From a virus: DNA of 64,000 nucleotides. Made by a program: the position numbers and the translations under genes. Position 1 is the first letter of the stretch. Each line of letters opens with the position of its first letter. Of the stretch, positions 1-9,847 are shown piece after piece. The notes under the pieces were generated by a model. That model made no database searches, was not told the origin of the DNA, and worked only from the letters and a program-made list of their open reading frames with translations. The DNA is taken from the IMG/VR virus record IMGVR_UViG_3300027763_002006, positions 1 through 64,000 of that record. The stretch is one strand, 5' to 3'.

Positions 1-2522
1 GGCATGTCCTTGAACCATTCTGGCAGTCTCATTTCGTCAATTGGATAAGCAATGCTTGTAATACCCATTGGATTGGATTTAAGTTTACAGACAATAACTT
101 TCATACCATCTGTAATATCCAAACTTGCTTGGTCACCGTGCGCTTTCTTAAACCTATTCCAATTGATAGCCGCCATGGCATGTCCGACTCCGCACTTACC
201 AGTTTTCTCAAAAACTTCTGTGTGCTTGGTCAAGTTGTTGACACGCTTGGGTGTACCTTTCTCCCAACCTGGACGTTCTTTAAATGCTGTTCTGAATTCA
301 TTGATAGCATCAACAACGTCTTGCTTGTCCTGTCCATTAAGAACCATAAGCAAAATCTTTTCTAAGAACCGTTGCATGAACTCTGGTGTATCAGCTCGTT
401 TCAAATCAAGACCCATGGCTTTGATCTCGCCAAGGCTTCCATCTTTATCTTTGCGCTTACCTTCTTTATCATAGATAAGAACAGCATAACGCTTTTTAGT
501 AATGAACAGGCCTTTGCTGGCAACTACTTCTCGACCAGCTTTGATAATCTCGCCCAAATTAGTTGGGCAGTTAAAAGCTGTGTTCATAAACTGCGGAAAA
601 GTAGCATTGACTTCATCGGCAACCATGTCATAGAGTTCAATGATCTTATCACGACTCCAATCAATTTCACCTCGATCAATTTGACCTTTGAACACTGGAT
701 ACGCACTGAAGTAACAACTGTCAGTGTCACCGTAGATAATAGTTCGACCTTTGTGATTGTAGTCGCCATCGAATACCGCATTGACCTGTGCTGCCATGTG
801 TCGAGCAACACAACGACCTAGTAATGTTGTACTTTGTCCAAGACGAATATCAAAGAATCTACTACCTGCATTAAGCAACGCACCATACAAGCTGTTCAAA
901 TTAATCTTCTTGACCAACTGTCGTTTGTCCCAGTACTCAAACATGTCAGTGCCATATGCTTCTTTGGCCTTTGCCTGTAGCTCTTTACGTTCGGCATACC
1001 ACCGAGTCAACAAGCCAGGAATTACACCTTGATTCTCATAGGTAAAGATTGTACCATTGGCAGTTAGCATCCAAGGATTACCCTGCAAGTAAATCAAGTC
1101 ATATGCCTCTGCCGCACTGAGTTCTGTGCTAGTACCATTCTCCCAGTCTATGACAAGATTATAACCTTTGTTCTTAGCAGAGATTTCATTGTACTCATGA
1201 ACAGCAAACTTACCATCCCAGTAGTCAGCAAAACTATTACCACTGTCTAACCACGCTTTAATTTCCGGTTTAGTTTGTTGTTGTCGAACCTGTCCAATAA
1301 TTGTCTCTGGGCTCATATTAAGAGCACGGATCAAACTTGGATACAGACTGTTCAAGTCCATGCTGCCAATCCAATCATGAACGCCTTTCTCTGGATAAGC
1401 AACATAAGCACCAGCGGCCTGTGTTTCAATTCCATCGCCACGCTTACGATCCATTACCATTACTCCTCTGCCATGAGCTTCGTTGATAATAGCTTGGTCA
1501 GTCATTGCAACCGCACCCATTGTAGTAAGGAACGTAACGGTATTTGCATGTGCCAAAACATTAACTAGATCAATGTATTGTAGCTTGGCATCCATCTTGA
1601 ACAACAACATAGTATCTTGTCTATTATAAGCAATGAACTTTTCAAAGTCATTGTTGTACAGTTGATCCAATGTGCCTTCATACTGTATTTTATTTTCGCC
1701 TAATTCAATCTCACCTACATAGTCAAGACGATATGTATGAAGTTCGTGGTATGTAAACTTGCGATATAAGTCGAGGTAGTCCAAATGAACACGACCAATG
1801 AGATCGTATGTAGCACTGATTTTGCCATAGCGTTCATATTCACGCTTTTTAGGTTTGGCATTCCACAGACAAAATCTACGACTATGATCCGCACCCATTA
1901 GTTTGATAACACGATTCACTGTGTAAGGAATGTCATATCCGCCACTGTTCCAACCACTGACAATGTCAGCGTCTTCAATCAGACTCAGGAACATGTCTAA
2001 CATTTCTTCTTCAGTGTCGCAAAGAATAGTGTCATCAAATCTAGCAACGATTGCTTCCGCTTGATCCTGCGCCATCTTGTCTGGCTTAATTGCCAACGTA
2101 ATTAATTTATCCAGCCAGCCGCAATGTACAGAAATAGCAGTAATAGGATTAAAAGGATCACTGGGATCAGCAAAGCCTTTGATCTTATTGTAAGCAACCT
2201 CAATGTCGAAGAATGCCTTGTTGACTTTTGGAGCATCACTGTTTAGATAGTTTGTTTCCAAACAACGATTAACGGGTTTGATATCACTTTCATAAAGTTG
2301 TTTATGTCCATAGATACGCTTTTCTTTTTCAAAGGCCTTGTGATTATTCACAGCAACCTTGGTCAATCTTTTACCATCGATGCCCGTGTACTGACCTTTA
2401 TTATCTTGATAGTAAAACAAATAATGAGCCGGGAAACTTTTAAACTTCCTAACTCCATCAACTCGTTCTACAACATTGATAAGGTCTTTATCTTTTACAT
2501 AAACTGCGTCGACATAACTCAT
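1..2522 (-). CDS. Family B DNA polymerase (T4 gp43-like), runs off the window start
   Basis: Absent from the ORF track; translated by hand from ATG 2522 (MSYVDAVYVK). PolB motifs DLNSLYPS, KINLNSLYG and IIYGDTDS are present, as is the exonuclease motif FFDIEV. Confidence 0.96.
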   Translation of the reverse strand, partial: MSYVDAVYVKDKDLINVVERVDGVRKFKSFPAHYLFYYQDNKGQYTGIDGKRLTKVAVNNHKAFEKEKRIYGHKQLYESDIKPVNRCLETNYLNSDAPKVNKAFFDIEVAYNKIKGFADPSDPFNPITAISVHCGWLDKLITLAIKPDKMAQDQAEAIVARFDDTILCDTEEEMLDMFLSLIEDADIVSGWNSGGYDIPYTVNRVIKLMGADHSRRFCLWNAKPKKREYERYGKISATYDLIGRVHLDYLDLYRKFTYHELHTYRLDYVGEIELGENKIQYEGTLDQLYNNDFEKFIAYNRQDTMLLFKMDAKLQYIDLVNVLAHANTVTFLTTMGAVAMTDQAIINEAHGRGVMVMDRKRGDGIETQAAGAYVAYPEKGVHDWIGSMDLNSLYPSLIRALNMSPETIIGQVRQQQTKPEIKAWLDSGNSFADYWDGKFAVHEYNEISAKNKGYNLVIDWENGTSTELSAAEAYDLIYLQGNPWMLTANGTIFTYENQGVIPGLLTRWYAERKELQAKAKEAYGTDMFEYWDKRQLVKKINLNSLYGALLNAGSRFFDIRLGQSTTLLGRCVARHMAAQVNAVFDGDYNHKGRTIIYGDTDSCYFSAYPVFKGQIDRGEIDWSRDKIIELYDMVADEVNATFPQFMNTAFNCPTNLGEIIKAGREVVASKGLFITKKRYAVLIYDKEGKRKDKDGSLGEIKAMGLDLKRADTPEFMQRFLEKILLMVLNGQDKQDVVDAINEFRTAFKERPGWEKGTPKRVNNLTKHTEVFEKTGKCGVGHAMAAINWNRFKKAHGDQASLDITDGMKVIVCKLKSNPMGITSIAYPIDEMRLPEWFKDM

Positions 2523-2758
2523 AGTATATTATATATTCCTGCAACATAGATTATTGTAACTATAAGTTGAACAATAATCAAACTCCATTTGCGCCATAGT
2601 ATACCAAGAATAAACCAGCCTAGATTGCCTAAGCCGCTGATCCAAATGTTTAGTGGATAAACATTATAACTGGTCAGAGCAACTCCCCAGATTAGAGTGG
2701 CGGTACATAACCACTCAAACCAGAATTGCCAAGTTTGTTCTTTTAGGAATTTAATCAA
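2519..2758 (-). CDS. Small membrane protein (about 3 TM), paralogue of 29561..29791
   Basis: Hydrophobic 79 aa with YPLN...W...G..WR motif; ATGA overlaps on both sides. Confidence 0.7.
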   Translation of the reverse strand: MIKFLKEQTWQFWFEWLCTATLIWGVALTSYNVYPLNIWISGLGNLGWFILGILWRKWSLIIVQLIVTIIYVAGIYNIL

Positions 2759-3012
2759 AGATGACCTGCAACTTGCAATACTTCTTCTACTTCAGTGAAT
2801 GCATCTTGTTCTTTTGCAAACTCATTTTTGTAAGCGATACGCAATGCTTTTTTAAGTACACTGGGTTTCATATCAAGTTCTTCAGCAATGGCTTTGATAG
2901 TTTCAGTTAGTCCTTCGTTGAGTGCATTAACTTCACTCAAGACTTGAATGCCTTCAGCAAATAGTTTTTTAATTTTGGCTTTTTCATCGCCAGAAAACAT
3001 ACGCGGTTCCAT
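2755..3012 (-). CDS. T4 DsbA-like double-stranded DNA-binding protein
   Basis: Helical ~85 aa protein, IKAIAEELDMKPSVLKKALRIAYK; AAGGAG RBS; upstream of polymerase. Confidence 0.65.
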   Translation of the reverse strand: MEPRMFSGDEKAKIKKLFAEGIQVLSEVNALNEGLTETIKAIAEELDMKPSVLKKALRIAYKNEFAKEQDAFTEVEEVLQVAGHL

Positions 3013-3041
3013 AAACACTCCTTAATAAAATGTGTTATACT

Positions 3042-3070
3042 ATTATATAGTATCACGCATCATCAGTCAA
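3042..3070 (-). promoter_or_regulatory. Sigma70-type promoter for dsbA-polymerase operon
   Basis: TTGACT-17 nt-TATAAT on minus strand. Confidence 0.8.
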
Positions 3071-3073
3071 GCA

Positions 3074-3319
3074 TTATTTGGTAAACAAGGATATTTCTTT
3101 TTGCCTAAGTTCGGCAAGTTCTGGACAGCGTCTTCCGTTGTCTACGATCCATTTTGCCAATTCGTTGGGCACAGCATCAAAATCACCGCGATTGATAACT
3201 TTGAGTAAGTTGCTGTTTTTGAAAATTTCCTCGCCCCGATCTGAGATAAAAGACTCAAGGGCAAGGATTTGATTTTTAGTTAGCTCAGTCCGAACTAACT
3301 CTTTGATTGTAGGATTCAT
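3074..3319 (-). CDS. Lysozyme (GH24)-like C-terminal fragment
   Basis: LTKNQILALESF...NSNLLKVIN.GDFDAVPNELAKW...LAELRQKEISLF matches the C-terminal lobe of phage lysozymes; no catalytic N-lobe. Confidence 0.6.
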   Translation of the reverse strand: MNPTIKELVRTELTKNQILALESFISDRGEEIFKNSNLLKVINRGDFDAVPNELAKWIVDNGRRCPELAELRQKEISLFTK

Positions 3320-3760
3320 TTATCTTTGTTTTAGTGTAGCTCTCAACATCCAACCATGTTTGGCATGTGCATCTTGGCGTTCTGCCAAGAAGTTGCTTAG
3401 ACCATGATTACCGGCTGCTTCGGCTAATGCGTATGCTTGTTCAACACTAGCTAAAACAACGGAGTTATCTGCTAGTAATTTCTCGAACATACCCTGGGCA
3501 TTAAGAATTTTAACTTCGTCTTCAATGCTAGTTAGTTCACTGAAGCGAACAAAACTGGCAGGAGCATATGCATCCATTGCACGAATTTCTTCAGCGAACC
3601 GATCAATACTACCATATACTTCTTCATATATTGAGCCAAACAATTCGTGATCTTGTGCAAATGTACGACCTTCTACATTCCAGTGAAAGCCGTGTGCTTT
3701 TAAATAAAAGGCAAATGTATCTGCCAGTGCCTTTTTCATTGATTGTACTAATTCATCCAT
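3320..3760 (-). CDS. dps: Dps / ferritin-like DNA protection protein
   Basis: KAHGFHWNVEG..F...HELF..IYEE...DRFAEEIR, HAKHGWML. Confidence 0.93.
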   Translation of the reverse strand: MDELVQSMKKALADTFAFYLKAHGFHWNVEGRTFAQDHELFGSIYEEVYGSIDRFAEEIRAMDAYAPASFVRFSELTSIEDEVKILNAQGMFEKLLADNSVVLASVEQAYALAEAAGNHGLSNFLAERQDAHAKHGWMLRATLKQR

Positions 3761-3847
3761 GATATGTTATCCTATAAGTATATTTAGTTCTATTGACTAA
3801 TACTTAAATACTTAAAGGCTTTTATATAAAATTGACTCATACTATAG

Positions 3848-4258
3848 TTAGACTTGTTTAATAGTATTAGATAAAATCCTACTACACATATCAAAGCTAA
3901 GTTCTAACTGACTGTATACATTATCATTGCTGGCAACATAGGCCATGCCATACGCAGTAGTACCCATGTCTTTGTAGTATTTAGGTGTGGGCCATTTACG
4001 TTGTTTTATTTTAAAGCTATCATAGAATAAACAAATATCTGCTACTTCTGATAAATTTTCTTTTCTAGGATTTTGCATGGCAGTAAGCATTAGTATTGCC
4101 ACAGGAGTGTCAGGGGGGATATTAGGCTTGTCAAACCATCTAGCCATTAAGCTGACTAGATAGTATTCTAGTGGTTCATTTAAGTAAGTAGCAGTCTTAC
4201 CTTCTGCGTCAAGAATCAATTCATAACTACTGCGAATGTATTCTTGCCAATGTGTCAT
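3848..4258 (-). CDS. Hypothetical protein
   Basis: 136 aa ORF in the minus-strand gene run. Confidence 0.65.
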   Translation of the reverse strand: MTHWQEYIRSSYELILDAEGKTATYLNEPLEYYLVSLMARWFDKPNIPPDTPVAILMLTAMQNPRKENLSEVADICLFYDSFKIKQRKWPTPKYYKDMGTTAYGMAYVASNDNVYSQLELSFDMCSRILSNTIKQV

Positions 4259-4265
4259 TGTTTAG

Positions 4266-4514
4266 TTATTCACCAACCAAGCGGCCTTTGAAAGGATGTT
4301 GCTTAGTAGGTTTGGCAAGTACTTGGCCTATGCTCTTTGCTTTTTCTTCACCGCCAACTTGGCCTACACGCTTTTGATCATCATCTAATTCTTCTTTGAT
4401 CTTTTCGCAGTCGTTGACACGCTTGCCTTTATTCTTGCCAGTGCCAGGTTGTGTGCCGACTTTTCGATGGCCGGGCCAACATTTCATTTCACTAAGAATT
4501 TCAGAGATACGCAT
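4266..4514 (-). CDS. Small protein with capsid-targeting-like leader and CWPG...NDC module
   Basis: MRISEILSE leader; TAATG coupling to the upstream gene. Confidence 0.7.
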   Translation of the reverse strand: MRISEILSEMKCWPGHRKVGTQPGTGKNKGKRVNDCEKIKEELDDDQKRVGQVGGEEKAKSIGQVLAKPTKQHPFKGRLVGE

Positions 4515-5947
4515 TACTTTTTGCTCTCGTAACCATCATCAGGGTGTGCGCCTGATTTAAGCACTTCGAAGTTATCGTCGTCGTAGCCCTTGTCTGCGAG
4601 TTTTTTGATGTATGCATCAGCGTCGGCTTTGTTGTTAAACGTGCTTTTTTTGTCCCATTTGTTGTCGTCAACCATATACCATACAACAAACTTGTCTGTA
4701 CCTGTAGATTCAACTTTAATGCCACCGCCCCATTTCTTTTCGCGATCCCACTTAACACCCATAGCTTTTTCTCTACGGTTAGTGCCTGCTTTATCTAGTT
4801 GCTCATTATCATCTGGTTTGTTTTCGTCTGCACCATATTTGCCTTTAGCACTATGTTTAATACCAGTTGCTGTTTTAGTTGTTTCGCCTTCAGAAACAAA
4901 ACGCAGAGTTTCGATCCATTCACGAACTTTCTTTGGACGGCCTTTACCGCTTTTGTAAGATTTCAATGCATCCAAAGTAACAAGTTCACTGGGTTTATCA
5001 AACATGACACCTTCGTCGTTTTCCCACTTACCTACTACTAGATATTTTTTACCTTTTTCAATAACTGCCATAGCACCAGTTCTGCCGCCAACAATTTTAC
5101 GATCGCCGTGTGTGCGTTTAGATTTATGATACCAGCTTGAATAATCACCAAATTTAGTTCCTGCTTCATCTGAGCCTGTAACTCCAGCATTAGGACGGCC
5201 TACGCTACGTTTGACCGGAGATTTGCCTTCTGGATCTTTAGTTGGCTCAATGGAGTAGCCCGTGTCTGCATTATATTTGCGGCTATAAACTGTTCCGCCC
5301 GAGTCAGGATTCTTTGATCTGGAAAACTTACCAGTAGCACCTCTTTCATCTTGAGCACTGGCTCGAACGGCGGCCATCATCTCGTCCCATCCTTCTTTCA
5401 TCTTTGTTTTCTTAGATTCGTACATACTTTCTTGACGTGGCATCATTGACATGTTTGCTTGTGGTAATGCAGGAACATCTGGATTGTTGCCGCCAACGTA
5501 ATCATGTACATCACGATCGAATCTCATGTGAACCCATTCATAGGGATCGCCATCTCGGCCTTTCATAGTACCATATGGCATTTCGCCGTGGTCGCTGTAG
5601 TAATCATACAATGCATGATATAAGTCATCGCTCATATCACCACCAGCTACAAAGTTTTTAACTTCGTGCTTGAACTTGCCGACAATGTGACGCATTGTGT
5701 TATCGTTTTCCATGACCATTGTTGGATTTAGATTGGCCAGGCCTTCTAAGAATTGTTCGCTGGTGCCATTGGCAACTGCGGTTTCATATAAACCAAGAAC
5801 GTACCTAGCACTGTTAATGCCCAGTTTAACTTGAGTGTTACCTACAGTAATAACTGCACCAGTCTTATTAGCCACAGCTTCAGAGATCTGTTTTAAGTTA
5901 TTAGTACCTTGTAGGGTATTTTGTTGATATAGTTCAAATAGTTTCAT
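4514..5947 (-). CDS. Modular hypothetical protein (putative internal head polyprotein)
   Basis: MKLFEL leader; multiple xxE-delimited segments. Confidence 0.65.
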   Translation of the reverse strand: MKLFELYQQNTLQGTNNLKQISEAVANKTGAVITVGNTQVKLGINSARYVLGLYETAVANGTSEQFLEGLANLNPTMVMENDNTMRHIVGKFKHEVKNFVAGGDMSDDLYHALYDYYSDHGEMPYGTMKGRDGDPYEWVHMRFDRDVHDYVGGNNPDVPALPQANMSMMPRQESMYESKKTKMKEGWDEMMAAVRASAQDERGATGKFSRSKNPDSGGTVYSRKYNADTGYSIEPTKDPEGKSPVKRSVGRPNAGVTGSDEAGTKFGDYSSWYHKSKRTHGDRKIVGGRTGAMAVIEKGKKYLVVGKWENDEGVMFDKPSELVTLDALKSYKSGKGRPKKVREWIETLRFVSEGETTKTATGIKHSAKGKYGADENKPDDNEQLDKAGTNRREKAMGVKWDREKKWGGGIKVESTGTDKFVVWYMVDDNKWDKKSTFNNKADADAYIKKLADKGYDDDNFEVLKSGAHPDDGYESKK

Positions 5948-5949
5948 AA

Positions 5950-6858
5950 TTAACTTTCGTAATTCTTAAATGCGAAAACCTTTTGTAGTCTTTCGTATGC
6001 TTCTGTATTTATTTCTTCGCTGACTTGGTCAGATTTTTTAATATTAACCGGCGTAAGTTTTGGACTTGGCTTTTTAGTTTCAGTTACACCTTGTTGGTTA
6101 TGCATGTCCATGATTTGTCTAACATAGAAATTATAATGGCCGCGACGGCCATTGTATTCTCTGTCTCCAAGCACAGTCTTTAATGCTTTGACAGCATCAT
6201 TTAATTCTGGACCTTGCATTATGCGTAATGCGTCAGTGACCAGTGAATCAACTCGCTGTGAAGCTTCTGTTACATCTTGATCTTTGCTTTTCATATAATC
6301 ACGAACAGTATCTAAATAGTCAACTGCTTTAGTAATCTTTGATTGAACCCATTCTGGCAAGTTCTCATCGCTGTCTAAAATACTGCGTAATTCTTCTGCG
6401 GCATTAGCGGCAGTGGCAAGATCTTGTCGAGCCATATCGCCTTCTTGATCATATTCGCCAGGATCGTTGGCAGTATCAGCAACACCTTCTGTCAAGTCAG
6501 CGACTGCAAAGCCAATATAACTATTGCCATTTTCGTCACCCGTTTGTACAACAAAAGCGCCACCCTCTTCTGATTCTATTTCGCCGATTCCCCAACCCAT
6601 ACGATCTAGGATTTGTTCTACTTGTTGTTGTGTGGCATCATTACCATTATACCACATACGAGCATATTTGTGTAATGTATCTTCTTCACCACCTGAACTA
6701 TCGTCAGGAGCAAACTCTTTAATTGTTTTAACTTCTTCTTGCAACTTAGCAATCATAGCACTACGTTGTTGACGTTGTTGTTCAGATAGAGTATTGACGT
6801 CTAACTTACTTAAACGATCTGCTAGTTCATATAGTTGGCGTGCTCTTTGTTTATCCAT
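5950..6858 (-). CDS. Modular hypothetical protein (putative internal head polyprotein)
   Basis: Modules separated by KEFAP, LTEGVAD, QDVTEA and QGVTET; contains NLPEWVQSKITKAVDYL module. Confidence 0.65.
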   Translation of the reverse strand: MDKQRARQLYELADRLSKLDVNTLSEQQRQQRSAMIAKLQEEVKTIKEFAPDDSSGGEEDTLHKYARMWYNGNDATQQQVEQILDRMGWGIGEIESEEGGAFVVQTGDENGNSYIGFAVADLTEGVADTANDPGEYDQEGDMARQDLATAANAAEELRSILDSDENLPEWVQSKITKAVDYLDTVRDYMKSKDQDVTEASQRVDSLVTDALRIMQGPELNDAVKALKTVLGDREYNGRRGHYNFYVRQIMDMHNQQGVTETKKPSPKLTPVNIKKSDQVSEEINTEAYERLQKVFAFKNYES

Positions 6859-7060
6859 TATTAGTTCCATTTTCTAAAACATTAGACTTATCTTTTTTAG
6901 TTTTTAACTCTTCGGCTTCCTTTTTAGGACGCTTGCGAGTCATTGCCATGTTGCGTTTCATTGGCACAGCAAACAAATTGCTGGCTGGAGCAGAAGCTAT
7001 GGCGCCACTGCTAATGCCGCCTACGCTGCCGTCTTCACTGATAAGTTCTTTTATTTTCAT
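6851..7060 (-). CDS. Small protein with MKIKELISE leader
   Basis: TAAATA directly precedes ATG 7060. Confidence 0.6.
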   Translation of the reverse strand: MKIKELISEDGSVGGISSGAIASAPASNLFAVPMKRNMAMTRKRPKKEAEELKTKKDKSNVLENGTNNG

Positions 7061-7096
7061 ATGTTTATTTATGCCAATTTGTGTCAATATAACGTA

Positions 7097-8452
7097 TTAT
7101 CTTTTGATGCTGGTCAACTCTTTTAACAAAGGACCTTTTTCAATATAATTACGGACATAAATACCGCCGCCTTTTTTAGTTTCACGTTTTGTTCTAATTC
7201 TAAATAATTGAGTGCCGCTGTTTTTATCAAATATTTCTATTTGTGGAGTAGCAGAGTTTTCGTTATAACTAGCATCTAAATCAATGTTCGTTAATTGTTT
7301 TTCTAAGTTAGCAAAACTCATTACTTCATAAGTTCCGCGCTCTAGACTAACTAAAATGACTGTGGGGTCGTTTAATGTAGCAAAGTAGTCAATGCCTTTT
7401 ACCAAGTCTTTTAAGAACAAGTATTCGGCATCATCGAAGCTGCCTGCTAACAAGTCTTGAAGGAATGTAGCGGCATCGCGATAGATAGATTCTATGGCTG
7501 CTATTAAACCTTTTTTCTCTAATACTTTATTAAATTCAGCTCTGCTTGATTCAATGTCAATGCCAAAAGAGTTCCATAGTTTCTTCTGAGCATCAAATTC
7601 TTCGCCAACATCACCTTGACCAACTTGTCCCATTTGATCACTGCCTGCTTTAAGACTAATGTTAAGTTGTTGATGTGTTTGTTTTCCAGTTTTTGGATCT
7701 GTGACAACAACTTCGATGTCAGATTTCTTAGTAGTGCTTCCGCTGATACCGTCTGTAATAACGTGAATAATATCCGGCTTGCCATTTAAGTAAAAATATT
7801 CACAGTATGCTTGAGCATCTGCACTATTAGCATAAGCCACTGCACTGTTAATTACATCACTTAACAATGCTCGTTTTGCTTCGTCCATTAAGTCTGCATA
7901 TGGACCAGGTTTTAATTTTAATGTATATTGAATACTATCATTAACAGCAGATTTACTAGCATCTTTAACTTTAACACCGTAATGATCTTCCTGTGTTTGA
8001 TTTAGCATGTCAATAACATTCCAAATGTCATCACCACCGATAATATCAATCTTACCACGAGTCCTTGCTATAAGTTTAGCAAATAAACTAGCACCTAGAA
8101 TACCCTCACTGACTTCACCTTTGTTAGACAAACCGGCGCCGCCAGCACCCTTGCCTCCCAGTTCTGCTGATTTAAAAAACTTACTTAAACCCAATGGGCC
8201 TTTGTCTGTGTCAACTTTAAAATTACTTGGCACAGTTCCTAAATTAAAAATATCTGCTATACGTTTGTATTCAGATGTATTAACTAATGCTGTGCTGCCA
8301 TCTACTAATTCGAATGGTTCTTTTTGTAGAACTTTGTTTAAGAAAACATTAAGACGTTTCCACTTTGTTGGCTCTGTTTCAGAGTCAAAGTATTTTGTCA
8401 GTTCGCCTGCACTAAGTGCCGCTTCTGTAAGTTTAAGATCTAATAATCGCAT
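7097..8452 (-). CDS. Putative PD-(D/E)XK-type nuclease-like protein
   Basis: NKGEVSEGI...KSDIEV...NISLKAG resembles a restriction-endonuclease core; MRLLDLKLTE leader; TATAAATA upstream. Confidence 0.5.
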   Translation of the reverse strand: MRLLDLKLTEAALSAGELTKYFDSETEPTKWKRLNVFLNKVLQKEPFELVDGSTALVNTSEYKRIADIFNLGTVPSNFKVDTDKGPLGLSKFFKSAELGGKGAGGAGLSNKGEVSEGILGASLFAKLIARTRGKIDIIGGDDIWNVIDMLNQTQEDHYGVKVKDASKSAVNDSIQYTLKLKPGPYADLMDEAKRALLSDVINSAVAYANSADAQAYCEYFYLNGKPDIIHVITDGISGSTTKKSDIEVVVTDPKTGKQTHQQLNISLKAGSDQMGQVGQGDVGEEFDAQKKLWNSFGIDIESSRAEFNKVLEKKGLIAAIESIYRDAATFLQDLLAGSFDDAEYLFLKDLVKGIDYFATLNDPTVILVSLERGTYEVMSFANLEKQLTNIDLDASYNENSATPQIEIFDKNSGTQLFRIRTKRETKKGGGIYVRNYIEKGPLLKELTSIKR

Positions 8453-8469
8453 AATAGTATATTTATATG

Positions 8470-9846
8470 TTATTCTTGTTCATCGGTATGCGCTAGACAG
8501 CCTTCCCAGAAACTGTTATTACTGTAAGGACATTGATTAGGGTCAGTTATATTTCTAGCATCTGCCCAACGATCGCCTGCGGCATGTCCGCTACAGTCTT
8601 TAGTACAGGGATAACCTTTATACACGCCAGCTTCCAATACATCTTTCCATATAACGTTTAAATCTTCTAACATTTCAGATTCGTTTTTAGCACGGCCGCT
8701 TTTCATGTTAGCACACCAGTGATACATTTTGGCACGTTCGCCACTGGCATCTTTTGCTTTTGATCTTAGGTCAGAGACACTTCCGTCACAGCTTGCACCA
8801 CTGCGTTTAACACGTCCAGGACGACTTTTGCCTTTGACCTTACCATCTGCAAAATTCTCTGCTACATCCTGCTGACCTTCCACAGTAAGCCTGTCTAATG
8901 CTATTGGATTTAATACAACATTCGGTTTCAAGCCTTTGGTGTTAGCATAGGCCACATACACTTGATCTGTGGGTTCTATAACAAAACTCACACAATGTTT
9001 ACCGGGCCAGTCTGGTTTGCCCACACTAAACCAAATGCCTATCACAGGAATAAATGGATGTTCATCTGTGCTCAACCGACCATATTCCCGTTCGCCTGTG
9101 GCGTCACGCAGAGGTTTTAGTCCTCCACTTTTCTTAATTGCTTCTAGCCTATTGGTACAATGATAAACCCTTTGCCCCACTATGTCTTGTCCAGGAAATA
9201 AGTTCGTACCGGGAACATTCTTAGGTGGTCTAAGTCCTTGGTAGTTGACAAAGTTTTCTTTTACTGGTGGTATTGGTTTGATTCTGCTCAACTCATATCT
9301 AACTATGCTACCAGTGTCTGCACGGAAAGGCCTGTAGCCCCAAGTGCGAGCGTAACGCTGTACCAGTCGGTCGTATAATTTGGCACGACTTTCACGGTTT
9401 TGGTCAGGCTCCACTTCTTTGCTGGCTGAAAATGTCAATCGTTTTGGATTGTGTTCTTTAATGTATTGCTGGATAGCGGCCAATACTGTGGCAAATACTC
9501 GTTGAGCATCACCGTCGCCAGTGACTTCTTGGCTGTTGTTTCTATGGAACTCTACTTGTATGACTTCTTCACCTTCTTCATCATACTCCATGTTGAACAT
9601 AATACTTAGAAAGGTGTTGTCATCTAATCGTGCTATTGCGTCTACATCACCATAATGCTCACTGTTTTCCCATCGAAGTATTTTATAGGGTTGGTCAAAT
9701 GCTTCGGTGACTGCTTGATGCAATGCACTTTTAGGTTTATCTAAACTGAGGCCGCCCTCCATGACAGCAAGTTCGTAGTCAGTGAATTTACTTTCTACTT
9801 TTACATCTTGGCTGACATAGCCTGTAACAAATTGATCAGCTCTCAT
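8470..9846 (-). CDS. Multi-module protein: GNAT-like + ADP-ribosyltransferase-like + two small Cys modules
   Basis: TGDGDAQRVFATV...SRAKLY; VYHCT...GGLKP...GIWFS; CTKDCSGH...SFWEGC. Confidence 0.55.
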   Translation of the reverse strand: MRADQFVTGYVSQDVKVESKFTDYELAVMEGGLSLDKPKSALHQAVTEAFDQPYKILRWENSEHYGDVDAIARLDDNTFLSIMFNMEYDEEGEEVIQVEFHRNNSQEVTGDGDAQRVFATVLAAIQQYIKEHNPKRLTFSASKEVEPDQNRESRAKLYDRLVQRYARTWGYRPFRADTGSIVRYELSRIKPIPPVKENFVNYQGLRPPKNVPGTNLFPGQDIVGQRVYHCTNRLEAIKKSGGLKPLRDATGEREYGRLSTDEHPFIPVIGIWFSVGKPDWPGKHCVSFVIEPTDQVYVAYANTKGLKPNVVLNPIALDRLTVEGQQDVAENFADGKVKGKSRPGRVKRSGASCDGSVSDLRSKAKDASGERAKMYHWCANMKSGRAKNESEMLEDLNVIWKDVLEAGVYKGYPCTKDCSGHAAGDRWADARNITDPNQCPYSNNSFWEGCLAHTDEQE

Positions 9847-9847
9847 A

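Noticed and set aside
52-2549. Several plus-strand ORFs in the track
   Set aside because: Antisense shadows of the minus-strand DNA polymerase
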